64,000 nt of DNA from Candidatus Babelota bacterium (GTDB lineage Bacteria; Babelota; Babeliae; Babelales; CAIQNR01), in the NCBI GenBank assembly GCA_965658655.1, contig CBFHTA010000001.1:200722-264721 (forward strand), in the 5' to 3' direction. The notes beneath the pieces are model-generated. The model saw only the letters and a list, made by a program, of their open reading frames with translations. It did not search any database and was not told the origin of the DNA. Made by a program: the position numbers and the translations under genes. Shown here in pieces: positions 30,429 to 40,181 of the stretch (within the stretch, counting starts at the first letter, position 1; each line of letters opens with the position of its first letter).

Positions 30429-31667
30429 ATGAAAAAGCAGATTTTATTTTTAGTAATGCTTAGCGCTATAGCTCAGCTTACAGCTAGGACAAACACTCTT
30501 CGTTCGTATGATATTAACTTTAAGCCTCTTGGAGAGAAAGATACTGATAAAAATGTATCTATTCGTGCTGCATTTGGAATACCTCAAAAAGCTCGCAACA
30601 ATAATGGTGACAAAGTTCCAAGTCCTCAATATTTATTTGCAGAACAAAATGCTTTGGCAATGCTGAAGGGCATGCCGTCTGGTAGTGAAGCAGTTGCTAT
30701 TGGACAGCAACTTAATAGACATGGTGACACTGGGGTTCGTGGTCAGTATGTTGTGAATGGAGACTTTATCACACGATTTCAATGTGTTGTGGGAGGGCAA
30801 TATCATTTTGATAATCAATGGACGCTCGATTTTAATCTTCCTTTTTATCATATGAAATTTGATAACATTACATGGGAAAATAAAACCAAAGATGTAACAG
30901 GAGAAGATCGTTTAACTCGTGAGCTTTTGACTAATAATTTCTTCTCTAATGTTGCTAAATTAGGTGACGGTCTTAATCTACAGGATTGGGAACAGCGCGG
31001 AGTTGGAGATTTTACATTTATAGTTTCATGGAGTCGCCAATTTTTTCAAAATAGGGAGTGGTTAAAGCAAGTTAATGTAACAGCTCGAGCTGGTGCTACG
31101 TTTCCTGTTGGTATAAAAAAGAATGAAGATAAAGCGTTTTCATTACCCTTTGGTAATGATGGAGCGTACTCGGTTCCTTTTGGGGCAGGGCTTGATCTAC
31201 GATTTAAGAAACTTTTTTGGGCAGGTGTAAGCGCAACATTCGAGCATATTTTTAGTCATACTAAAAATCGTCGTATCATGACTGATGAATTACAAACCAA
31301 CTATTTGCTTTTGCAAAAAGCGATTACACGCAAAGAGTATGGCTTTGTGCAAATGTTTAATCTTTATGTAGAGCCTCAAATTTCTGATGCTTTCTCTTTA
31401 CGTTTTGCATACGCTCATACAAAAACAGGTGATGAAAAGTTGTTTGTATTGTCAGAAAACTACTCTACTATGGTTGCTAATAAAAATATTGCCTTGGAAG
31501 AAAGCACCACGCACGATTTAATAATACAGTTTAATTGGGATGCTTCAAAGCTGAAACCTGATGCTCGTTTTTCTCCAAAAGGATCTGTCTTCGCGCAGGT
31601 TCCGTTTAATGCTCGAGGGTCATTCCAAACTGCATCTATTGGGTTTAGTTTGAGCACGGTTTTTTAA
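30429..31667 (+). CDS. Putative outer-membrane beta-barrel protein
   Basis: Signal peptide; alternating aromatic/hydrophobic strands; C-terminal ...SIGFSLSTVF resembles a BAM beta-signal. Confidence 0.75.
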   Translation: MKKQILFLVMLSAIAQLTARTNTLRSYDINFKPLGEKDTDKNVSIRAAFGIPQKARNNNGDKVPSPQYLFAEQNALAMLKGMPSGSEAVAIGQQLNRHGDTGVRGQYVVNGDFITRFQCVVGGQYHFDNQWTLDFNLPFYHMKFDNITWENKTKDVTGEDRLTRELLTNNFFSNVAKLGDGLNLQDWEQRGVGDFTFIVSWSRQFFQNREWLKQVNVTARAGATFPVGIKKNEDKAFSLPFGNDGAYSVPFGAGLDLRFKKLFWAGVSATFEHIFSHTKNRRIMTDELQTNYLLLQKAITRKEYGFVQMFNLYVEPQISDAFSLRFAYAHTKTGDEKLFVLSENYSTMVANKNIALEESTTHDLIIQFNWDASKLKPDARFSPKGSVFAQVPFNARGSFQTASIGFSLSTVF

Positions 31668-31753
31668 CGAACACTGATAGGACCAGTAGGTAGAGAGCTT
31701 TCAAGATATATATGCAATCTAATAGATCGGAACTAAGCTTAAATAGAGCAAAG

Positions 31754-31783
31754 AAAAAGGGCCTTTTGAGGCCCTTAATTTTT
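31754..31783. terminator. Bidirectional rho-independent terminator
   Basis: AAGGGCCT-N4-AGGCCCTT flanked by A and T tracts, between convergent genes. Confidence 0.8.
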
Positions 31784-31798
31784 AGAATTTAAAAGTTC

Positions 31799-32548
31799 TT
31801 ATGCTTGTGTCGTCGCTTGAGGTTGAGGCATATAAGCTAAGCATTCTTGGTATTCTTTAAAATCGCGGTTGAATTTAAAGGTTTCTTTGTCGACATTTTC
31901 CATCTTCTTGAGAATATCGGTAAGGAAGATCGGACTATTTTTTTCAAGAGACATAAGAGCATTGGTTACTTCTTTTTCAGAATGATTCCATGCACGTTTA
32001 AGAATAATATTGGCTGCTTTAAGTTCTTTAAATAGAGCATTTTCTGTATCACCAAATGCTGCTGCTAAACCTTCTGTTATAAGTCTTTGTGCCATAAGAA
32101 GGCCGTTGAGGTATTGTCCAGGAAGAGACCAGGCATTGTTCACTAAGATATTTGCAGCTTTTGCTAATGCAGCTTGATCGTTAAACCGAGTAACCTTATC
32201 ATCAACAGTCATTTCATCTGATAATCGAATAAAGTTTTCAAGTGCTTTTTCTTTTTCTTCTAGTGTAGATTTCTTAGGAGTCTTAATCACTTCAGATAAT
32301 GTTTGGAAAATAGGTAACATCTTTTTGCCCTGAGGACGAGGATCTTTTTCTGCCCAAGCACTAGCACTATCGAAGAATTCCCATATTATTTTTCCTTCTG
32401 TTTTATCAGCAGCAATCTCAAGAGCTTTAGCAACTACGCGCAAGTAAGGCTTAGTTTTTGGTAAAGTTTTTTCTTTAGCTATTGCATTTTGCCCTACTAC
32501 AAGGCTGGTTGCGAACAATACTCCAAATGTAATTTTTTTGTTGATCAT
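31799..32548 (-). CDS. Secreted helical hypothetical protein
   Basis: Signal peptide ending ...GQNAIA-KE. Confidence 0.75.
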   Translation of the reverse strand: MINKKITFGVLFATSLVVGQNAIAKEKTLPKTKPYLRVVAKALEIAADKTEGKIIWEFFDSASAWAEKDPRPQGKKMLPIFQTLSEVIKTPKKSTLEEKEKALENFIRLSDEMTVDDKVTRFNDQAALAKAANILVNNAWSLPGQYLNGLLMAQRLITEGLAAAFGDTENALFKELKAANIILKRAWNHSEKEVTNALMSLEKNSPIFLTDILKKMENVDKETFKFNRDFKEYQECLAYMPQPQATTQA

Positions 32549-32618
32549 GGAATACCCTTTCCTAAAGGAGCGTTAAACATTTTATGTAAGGGTAGTTATA
32601 TATCGATCAATGTCAATA

Positions 32619-33752
32619 CTAGCTTAGAATGACTGTATCCGTTATGAGTCCATATTTATTTGCTCTAATCTTTGCTTCGGTTTCTAGCAATACTTCGGCT
32701 AATCGCTCTACTTTGGTTTGCAATCCCGGTTCCTGTTCAGGAATTTGGAGCCATGTTAGGTTGTTTTCTTTGAGGTCAGATTTAATTTTTCCGCAGGTTT
32801 CAAGAGATAGTTGGCTACCAACTAGTTCTAGAAAATAAGCATAGCGTTCAATTAAAGACCAGTATATATCATTGGCATCGAGCTCATCGGGAATTACTTT
32901 TTTCTTATGAAGACGTTCAAGGGTGGAACCAATAGCTTTAAAAGAGTTCCAGGTTTGAGCTTGATCAGTTGGGGACCAGACAAGTTTGTCGCATGTGCTC
33001 GTTAACAATCGCAATAAAGTGAATCGAACTCGTTCTGGAGTTGAGTTTTCAACAGTAAGTTTAGTGCTTAGTTCTTTAGAAAGATCTTCAAAAAATTGCA
33101 TGGGCTGCTTTTGAAGGGAGGAGAATTTTGTCTTGAATGTTGAAGTGATGTGATCTTTGAGGCCATGCCAGAGAGGGGTTTCTTTTTGAGCAAGTTGATA
33201 TTCAAAGTAAGGAGAGGTTTGTAGAAGAAGCCTTTCAAAGGCCGGTGCACTTACATAAGAAGACATTTTAATTTTTTGATTAAAGAGTCGCAAAACTCCT
33301 TCTGTGAATTCGGGAGATTGGTTAGCTTGTTGACTGTATTCTATAAATTGGGCTAGGTGAGTAAAGTTGTGAGGTAAAAAATCTGTGCCATATTCTTTAC
33401 GATTAAATGTGTGCGCAAAGAATGAACTAATGCCATTATGAGTAAACTCAATGCGGTTAAAGAAAAGGTTTAATTTTTTTTCTGCGTCTTTGTTTGGTTG
33501 TTGGTGGGTAAAGCGAATAGGAGTTACTGTTGCGTTTGGTACAGAAAGATATTCATCAACTTCTTGTTTGGTTATTACTTTTGCTTGTTCTTTGGCTTTA
33601 GCTTTAGCTTCTCGAGCAAGTCTTCTTTTCTCGGCACGAGTCACTCTCTTTTTTATTTTTGGTTCAGATAATTGTTTTTTGTCTTCTTTTGCACTATGTA
33701 TAGAACTAGTACATATAAGTAGGCCTAAAAAAAATAAATGTGTTATTTTCAT
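32619..33752 (-). CDS. Secreted hypothetical protein with a basic N-terminal region
   Basis: Signal peptide MKITHLFFLGLLICTSSIHS; then KIKKRVTRAEKRRLAREAKAKAK. Confidence 0.8.
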   Translation of the reverse strand: MKITHLFFLGLLICTSSIHSAKEDKKQLSEPKIKKRVTRAEKRRLAREAKAKAKEQAKVITKQEVDEYLSVPNATVTPIRFTHQQPNKDAEKKLNLFFNRIEFTHNGISSFFAHTFNRKEYGTDFLPHNFTHLAQFIEYSQQANQSPEFTEGVLRLFNQKIKMSSYVSAPAFERLLLQTSPYFEYQLAQKETPLWHGLKDHITSTFKTKFSSLQKQPMQFFEDLSKELSTKLTVENSTPERVRFTLLRLLTSTCDKLVWSPTDQAQTWNSFKAIGSTLERLHKKKVIPDELDANDIYWSLIERYAYFLELVGSQLSLETCGKIKSDLKENNLTWLQIPEQEPGLQTKVERLAEVLLETEAKIRANKYGLITDTVILS

Positions 33753-33841
33753 ATCAGGTCCTTCGCTAAAGTGGTCAATTTATGTGTAGTGTACCATGAA
33801 ATTGGGTTTAACAGTAAGACTATGGATAAAAAGGTTGTTTA

Positions 33842-35056
33842 ATGGCTCTGTATACGTATCAAGCATTTTCTCGGGATGGCAAGAAAGCTAGCGGGCAGAT
33901 TGATGCTCCTTCATCAGGAGGTGCACGAGAATTATTGCAACGCAAAGGGCTTCTTCCTATTTCTATAGTTCCTGCAGCTCAAGCGGCACAAAAAGAATCT
34001 TTTTTTCAGCGGATTTTTTCTCGATCCGTTTCCCTGAAAGATAAAATTCTATTTACTAAACAGTTATCTGTACTTTTAAAATCTGGTATTCCCCTTCTTG
34101 CTTCTATCGAATTACTTCAAGATCAATTTGAAGGAAAAATGCATAGGGTGTTAATAACGCTTAAAGATGGTCTGAAAGAAGGACAATCTTTGGCCGATGG
34201 TATGAAACAGTATCCTCACATTTTTGAGAACATCTACGTACAACTTGTGCGAGCAGGTGAAGCAAGTGGCCGGTTAGAAGTTATCCTAGAACGGTTGACC
34301 GAATTTTTAGAGCGAAGAGAAGAGATTCAAAAGAAAGTAAGTAGTGCGTTGCGGTATCCACTTATTCAATTAGTACTTGTGAGTTGTGTAGTTGCTGGGC
34401 TTATGACTTTTGTTGTTCCTAAATTGGCCGGAGTGTTTGCCGATCAGGGTGGCTCGCTTCCTTTACCAACTCAAATTCTTATGACCATTTCTGATTTCTT
34501 TGTATATCACTATGGAATTCTTTTGGTGTCATTGATTAGTTCAATACTCCTTTTTTCTTATTGGAGTTCGACTCCCTCAGGAGCACTCTTGATGGATCGT
34601 ATTAAGTTACGTTTGCCAATTATAAAGTTATTTACTCGTATAGGAGCAATTGTTCAGTTTTCTAAAACGCTTGGAATGCTCTTAGAAGGAGGTGTTAATC
34701 TATCTCAATCGCTCGATATTGTATGTAGCATTGTAGATAATAGAGTATTGAAAAAAGCATTAGAAGAAGCGCGAGAAAAAATCATTAAAGAAGGTAAGAT
34801 TTCTCAGTATTTAAAACAAACCAACATTTTTCCTCCTATGGCTATTTATTTGATTCGCACAGGTGAAGAAAGTGGAAACTTGGATACTATGTTATTGAGT
34901 GTTGGTAAAACTTTCGAAGAAGATCTGTCTGAGTTAGCAGATACTTTGACAACGTTATTGAATCCTATTATTACTGTAGTTATGTCGTTGATTATTGGGT
35001 TTATTGTTATGGCAATTGCGCTTCCAATAATGAGTATGGGTAACTTAGTAATGTAA
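33842..35056 (+). CDS. gspF: Type II secretion inner-membrane platform protein GspF/PilC
   Basis: YTYQAF..DGK, FTKQLSVLLKSGIPL, RAGEASGRL, ALRYP, TGEESGNL. Confidence 0.95.
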   Translation: MALYTYQAFSRDGKKASGQIDAPSSGGARELLQRKGLLPISIVPAAQAAQKESFFQRIFSRSVSLKDKILFTKQLSVLLKSGIPLLASIELLQDQFEGKMHRVLITLKDGLKEGQSLADGMKQYPHIFENIYVQLVRAGEASGRLEVILERLTEFLERREEIQKKVSSALRYPLIQLVLVSCVVAGLMTFVVPKLAGVFADQGGSLPLPTQILMTISDFFVYHYGILLVSLISSILLFSYWSSTPSGALLMDRIKLRLPIIKLFTRIGAIVQFSKTLGMLLEGGVNLSQSLDIVCSIVDNRVLKKALEEAREKIIKEGKISQYLKQTNIFPPMAIYLIRTGEESGNLDTMLLSVGKTFEEDLSELADTLTTLLNPIITVVMSLIIGFIVMAIALPIMSMGNLVM

Positions 35057-35076
35057 TTTGTATGAAAGGTATAAGT

Positions 35077-35499
35077 ATGACTTCAAGTCTACAAAAAGGC
35101 TTTAGCTTGATGGAAATTATGATTGCCGTTGCAATCATGGGTATATTGGCTGGTGTTGGTATTCCAATGTATTCTTCTTATTTAAAAAATGCACGTATGA
35201 AAAGAACAGAAGGCACACTTGCACTCTTTAAAAATGAAATCAATCGGTATAATGCCGATACAGGTCGATATCCTCGTGCCTTAGATGATCTTGTTGATAA
35301 ACCAGATGCTGACAGTCCCTTAGCGAAGAAATGGCAAGGACCATACATTGATGTAAAGGGTGGAGGATTGCCAGAAGACGCTTGGGGACAAGATTTTATG
35401 TATGAATTAACGCCTGGAGGTGCGCATCCATATGAACTTTACTCTTATGGGCCTGATGGTGAAGATGCCCCAGAAGAAGACAGGATTAGTGCCTGGTAA
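35077..35499 (+). CDS. gspG: Major pseudopilin GspG
   Basis: Class III signal KG|FSLMEIMI; GRYP, WQGPY, PEDAWG, YSYGPDG...D.I..W. Confidence 0.93.
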   Translation: MTSSLQKGFSLMEIMIAVAIMGILAGVGIPMYSSYLKNARMKRTEGTLALFKNEINRYNADTGRYPRALDDLVDKPDADSPLAKKWQGPYIDVKGGGLPEDAWGQDFMYELTPGGAHPYELYSYGPDGEDAPEEDRISAW

Positions 35500-36064
35500 C
35501 ACAAAACCCGGATTTGGATTATTCGAGTTTTTAGTTGCGCTGGCAATATTGGGAGGATTGGCGTCTGTCGCTGTTCCCAATTATTTACGACAGCAAGCTG
35601 GTTATGAACGTAAAAAATTCGTAACCAGCCTTAATGCTTTAATGAGCGAAGTTTTCCAACTCGGGCTTATGAACGAAAAAATAGAACGCGTAAAGTTCAA
35701 TCTAAAGCAGCGAAGTGTAGCAGTAGAGCAAGAAACAGGCTTGTATACCGACGAAGGCTCAAAGGTCTTTAAACCTATTGTGCTGCACTATGTTGATACT
35801 AAGTATCGTTGGCCAGAAGCATTTGATTTTAAACAGTTTTTTGTAAAGCGTAAGGATGAAATGCTCGCTCGTGGAGCGCATGGTGAGACAGATGAAGTAT
35901 GGTTTTATGTAATGCCTTCGGGAATGGCACAAGAAGTTATTATTAACATTCTTGATACTAAGGATCAGTCGGTTGATAAAGACGGGACTGAAATAAGTTT
36001 GGTGCTGAATCCGTTTACCTTACAGTTTAGGAGGTATGATGAATTTCAAATTCCATCAGCGTAA
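35489..36064 (+). CDS. gspH: Minor pseudopilin (GspH-like)
   Basis: Prepilin site KPG|FGLFEFLV; probable GTG start at 35489 overlapping the end of gspG; position in cluster. Confidence 0.75.
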   Translation: MPGNTKPGFGLFEFLVALAILGGLASVAVPNYLRQQAGYERKKFVTSLNALMSEVFQLGLMNEKIERVKFNLKQRSVAVEQETGLYTDEGSKVFKPIVLHYVDTKYRWPEAFDFKQFFVKRKDEMLARGAHGETDEVWFYVMPSGMAQEVIINILDTKDQSVDKDGTEISLVLNPFTLQFRRYDEFQIPSA

Positions 36065-36461
36065 CGGCTTTGCGCTTATGGAGGTCATGCTTGCTTTAGC
36101 CACTATTGGTATTTTATTAACTACGTTTATGATGGTGCAGACTAAAGTATTTAAGAATACCATGACAAGTTCTTTTCGTATTGATCGTTTTTATCATATT
36201 AAAAATATGTTTTTTGTTGTAAAAATAAAACCACTAGAAGATGAACAAACGGTTAGAGAACAAACAATTCAAGACCCTGCAATAAAGCTTCGTTACCATA
36301 AAAAGCCTGTTAATCCTAAGTCTGAACTGGCCCGCTTTACGGGTCTATTTCAAGAAGTGGCAACAGGAGAGTGGTATGAATGGGGCAAAGACAAAGAGTA
36401 TGACATTATAAGTTATCAATTTGATCCGCCTAAGAAGGAAGGAAAAGATGAAGCTTCGTAA
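36036..36461 (+). CDS. gspI: Minor pseudopilin (GspI-like)
   Basis: RNG|FALMEVML; size and position in cluster. Confidence 0.75.
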   Translation: MMNFKFHQRNGFALMEVMLALATIGILLTTFMMVQTKVFKNTMTSSFRIDRFYHIKNMFFVVKIKPLEDEQTVREQTIQDPAIKLRYHKKPVNPKSELARFTGLFQEVATGEWYEWGKDKEYDIISYQFDPPKKEGKDEAS

Positions 36462-37440
36462 TGGATTTGCTCTCTTAGAAGTTTTGTTTGCTATGATTAT
36501 TGGGTCAATGTTGTCCTTTATATTGTTTCAAAGTATAGGGTCGATGAGTAAAACTTATCAAAAAATTTATTCTGTTTCTTCTGTGCAGCGGCGGTTTACT
36601 TTAGTTCAGCAGCAGTTTGAACGAGACTTCTCTGGGGTTACTGCACCAAAAATTAGTTTACAAGATGAACGTGATCCAAATAAAAAAGAAAAATCTGGTG
36701 ACGACAAAAAAGAAGAAAAAAAAGCAGAAGTAAAAAGCGGTAAAGAAAAACCTAAAGAAAAAATATATCGAGTTCCTCACGTATTTTTTTCTAAAAATGA
36801 CACTAATGGTAACTGTGTAGAACTTACCTGCTTAACAACTAATCCTATAACCATGTATGGGCAACAAACGCCGCGGTTGGTACGAGTTGTTTACAGGTTG
36901 GAGCCAGATCCTGAACATAAAGGGCTCTGGCTATTAGCGCGTCAGCAGTCTGACAACCTTGATTTTGAGGCCTTTTCAGAAAAAGCCAAAGATGTTGTGA
37001 GGAAATTCACTATTTCTGATGGTATTGAGAAATTAAAAATTTCATTCTTGATTTCTCAAAAACCAGAAAAAGAATCTAAGTCGCTAACAGAAGAAAATAA
37101 AAAGTTAGCCAAAAAAGAAAAAAAGAAAAACGTTAAAGAAAAGAGAGAGTTTAAAGAAGTAAAAGATTGGCCTTATTTTGAAAATGAAGAAGAAGAGAAA
37201 AAAAGTAAACGTCCTTCTTATCCTACCCTTATTAAAGTTGAGATGACTTTCATTGATGAACAAAAACGGCCATCAAGTTTTGTAGTATGGTACGCGCCGC
37301 TTTATGATTTGGAACCAACATTTGTTGATAAGTCTGCAACACTACCATCGATGAGTGAGATGTACCATCAACGTTTCACTGAACAGCAACAGCGGAATAT
37401 GCAAGGAATGCAATATTCAATGAGGAAGCGTAATGGTTAA
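36448..37440 (+). CDS. gspJ: Minor pseudopilin (GspJ-like) with Lys/Glu-rich insertions
   Basis: MKLRNG|FALLEVL, QFERDF, RVVYRL, PTLIKVEM. Confidence 0.8.
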   Translation: MKLRNGFALLEVLFAMIIGSMLSFILFQSIGSMSKTYQKIYSVSSVQRRFTLVQQQFERDFSGVTAPKISLQDERDPNKKEKSGDDKKEEKKAEVKSGKEKPKEKIYRVPHVFFSKNDTNGNCVELTCLTTNPITMYGQQTPRLVRVVYRLEPDPEHKGLWLLARQQSDNLDFEAFSEKAKDVVRKFTISDGIEKLKISFLISQKPEKESKSLTEENKKLAKKEKKKNVKEKREFKEVKDWPYFENEEEEKKSKRPSYPTLIKVEMTFIDEQKRPSSFVVWYAPLYDLEPTFVDKSATLPSMSEMYHQRFTEQQQRNMQGMQYSMRKRNG

Positions 37441-38506
37441 AAAGGGATACATTTTATTTTTTACGATGATTATGTTGGCCATGGGAGCAGCACTGATTAC
37501 TCAAATTTTTTATATGGGCAATCTTTATAATTCTTATGTATCGATTACGCTCGATAGAGAACGTGCACGGCAACTTGCTTTGGGAGGTGTTTCGGTTGCT
37601 ATGTCTCAGTTAATGTTGCTAGATAAAAAGCTTTCTCCACCAAAAGAAGAAAAAAAAGATGGAGAAAAAGGAGAAGAACCAACGCGTGAAGAAAATAAAA
37701 AAAAATTGTTAGAAATAATGCTCCAGGTTCAAAATAAATGGCAAACATTTATACTAAAGCATGAAACCGATGGAATAGATGCAGAACTTAAAGTTTGTAT
37801 TTCTTGTGAAAATGGCAAAATAGATTGTAATAAATTTTATAATTATGAAATTCATAAATTTATTTCTCCTCAAGGCAAGGACACAGAAAAATTTTATAAA
37901 GTCTTAGGGGAAAAACTTGCGCCTTTATTGAAAGATAAAAATATTGCTGAGGAAGTAACCTCCTTTATTAGCACACAAAAAAGACCACTTTTAACACCAA
38001 CAGAATTCTTGAAAAACAAAAAATTGACACAAACTTTTGATAATCGCATCTTTTATACTCCTTCTGAATTATCTCAAGAGGAAAATGTTGATGAAGCGGC
38101 AAAGCCTCACCAACAGGTGTATTTAACAGACCTCTTTACTGTTCATGGAGAAAGTTTAATAAGTCTGTGGTCGATTTCTCCATCTTTACAGAAAGCGTTT
38201 GGACTCTATTCTGATAGAAAGATGACACCAAGCCTCGCAAAAGAAATTTTGAAACAGGTGAACGTGGCCGAGATCAAGGGGCCTGAAGATTTAAGTAAAG
38301 CATTACAAATTATTTATGGAGGGAAAAATAGTGCTTTACCAATAGAATTTCTTAACAGTTTAGGCCCAAAATTTGAGCCACGCCTGTTTTCTGTGCTATG
38401 TTATGCAAAAGTTGGAAGAGTAGGCCAAAAACTCCTCGCCCTCTTGGAAAAAGCACCAATGAAGGATGGGGAGATTATTAAAATGATAAAAGTTTATTGG
38501 ATTTGA
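37433..38506 (+). CDS. gspK: Minor pseudopilin GspK-like
   Basis: KKG|YILFFTM lacks Glu5, as is typical of GspK; A..LA.GGV..A, ENGKIDCN, LTDLFTVHG. Confidence 0.8.
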   Translation: MVKKGYILFFTMIMLAMGAALITQIFYMGNLYNSYVSITLDRERARQLALGGVSVAMSQLMLLDKKLSPPKEEKKDGEKGEEPTREENKKKLLEIMLQVQNKWQTFILKHETDGIDAELKVCISCENGKIDCNKFYNYEIHKFISPQGKDTEKFYKVLGEKLAPLLKDKNIAEEVTSFISTQKRPLLTPTEFLKNKKLTQTFDNRIFYTPSELSQEENVDEAAKPHQQVYLTDLFTVHGESLISLWSISPSLQKAFGLYSDRKMTPSLAKEILKQVNVAEIKGPEDLSKALQIIYGGKNSALPIEFLNSLGPKFEPRLFSVLCYAKVGRVGQKLLALLEKAPMKDGEIIKMIKVYWI

Positions 38507-38522
38507 GCGAAAAAAGGGAACG

Positions 38523-40181
38523 ATGCGAATTAATACGGAAACGAGTGTTGGTATATTTGTTCTCGGATCACTGGCAATCTTTTTTTATATGACCTTTCAA
38601 ATTGGAGTCTTCCGTTTAGATACCGGAAACTATAGGTCTCACCCAGTTTTTTTTGCTGATGTTTCGGGCCTTATTCCTAAATCAGATGTTAAAATTGCGG
38701 GTGTTAAAGTTGGTTGGGTTCAGGGTATTACGTTGATTGAAGGTGCCGATGAGTATCGTGCAAAAGCAACCATTATGCTTAATCGTCAATTCCAACTACA
38801 TTCCAATGCGTCTGCCACAGTTCGGCAAGATGGTCTTCTTGGAACTAAGTTTCTTGAATTAAACCCTGGAGATTCCTTGCTCCCCACTTTGAAAAAAGGA
38901 CAACCATTAGGTAATCCGGGTACAGCGCCAGCATCGGTGGATACACTTATTCAAAAGTTTGGGAAGATTGCAGATAACATAGAAGAGATTACTGATTCTG
39001 TTAAATCAACAATCGGCGGCGTTGACGGCAGAAACGAACTGAGAGAAACCTTTAAGAACATTAATGTTGCCGCAGAAAAAATTGCAAACTTCTCTAATAT
39101 TATCGACAGAATCGCATCTCGAAATGAAGAGGATGTGAATTCAATTGTAGGGGATATTCGTGAGTTTGCTCGTGAGCTACGTACTGGATTCCCGCCATTA
39201 CAAGAAGATATCAGACGTGTTGCTAATAAACTCGAAATTGATGTTCTTCCAGCTTTCAAAGAGAGTGTGGAGAAAATTTCAAAAGTCTTTGACCGTGACT
39301 TTGGTTCTGTAGCAGGCAAGCTCGAAAGTACTGCCGACGCCATTGAAGAGGCTGCATTGCAAACACGAGATGGTTTTAGAAGTATTGAGGCTGTCGCGGA
39401 TAAGATCAATGAAGGAAAAGGTCTTATTGGTAAGTTGGTTAACGAAGATCAAACCTATCAAGATCTAAAAGTTGCAGTACAAGGTCTTAAGAATTACTTC
39501 TCTAAAGTAGAGAGTTTGGGTATTGTATTCGATACTCATTTTGAAACTATGTATCGTCCGGCAGAGAACTTTAAGTTTAAAGATTCAAAAGGGTACGTCG
39601 ACATTCGAGTTCATCCAAATCAAGATCACTTCTATTTAATTCAGATGATGGGGTCACTCAAAGGAAAACTTAAGCGTACCGATGTTAAGTTAATTAAAAA
39701 AGATATAAATGGCATACCGCTGGACCCTGTTGCTATGGGTGTTTCCGTAGATGCGTTATGGCAATATCCAGCGCAGTATGAAGAAATCAAATGGGAACGT
39801 GACGCAGTTAAGTATGGGTTCCAGTTTGGTAAAACATTTAGAGAACTTGCATTTAGATTTGGTCTCTTTGAGGGCGCATTTGGTTTAGGTGTTGATTACG
39901 ATATTCCGTTTGGAACAGAGAATGTTCGTTGGGTTACTTCCTTTGAAGCGTTCGATTTCCGAGGTCGAGATCGTTATCTTGATGAACGTCCTCATCTTAA
40001 GTGGATTAACCGATTGTTCTTCCTACGTAATATCTACTTTGACTTTGGTGCCGATGACTTTATCAGTAAACATAACGCCAATGCGTTTATGGGTGTTGGT
40101 ATTCGTTTTGGTGATGATGATATTAAATACTTTGTTTCTCGTCTTGGCTTAAGTGGCAGCAACAATAGCGCTAACATGTGA
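38523..40181 (+). CDS. MCE/MlaD-domain protein with a long coiled coil and a C-terminal beta-rich domain
   Basis: ETSVGIFV TM helix, F.DVSGL..KSDVKIAGVKVG.V, GLLGTKFLELNPG, INEGKGLIGKLVN; aromatic beta-strand C-terminus. Confidence 0.9.
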   Translation: MRINTETSVGIFVLGSLAIFFYMTFQIGVFRLDTGNYRSHPVFFADVSGLIPKSDVKIAGVKVGWVQGITLIEGADEYRAKATIMLNRQFQLHSNASATVRQDGLLGTKFLELNPGDSLLPTLKKGQPLGNPGTAPASVDTLIQKFGKIADNIEEITDSVKSTIGGVDGRNELRETFKNINVAAEKIANFSNIIDRIASRNEEDVNSIVGDIREFARELRTGFPPLQEDIRRVANKLEIDVLPAFKESVEKISKVFDRDFGSVAGKLESTADAIEEAALQTRDGFRSIEAVADKINEGKGLIGKLVNEDQTYQDLKVAVQGLKNYFSKVESLGIVFDTHFETMYRPAENFKFKDSKGYVDIRVHPNQDHFYLIQMMGSLKGKLKRTDVKLIKKDINGIPLDPVAMGVSVDALWQYPAQYEEIKWERDAVKYGFQFGKTFRELAFRFGLFEGAFGLGVDYDIPFGTENVRWVTSFEAFDFRGRDRYLDERPHLKWINRLFFLRNIYFDFGADDFISKHNANAFMGVGIRFGDDDIKYFVSRLGLSGSNNSANM

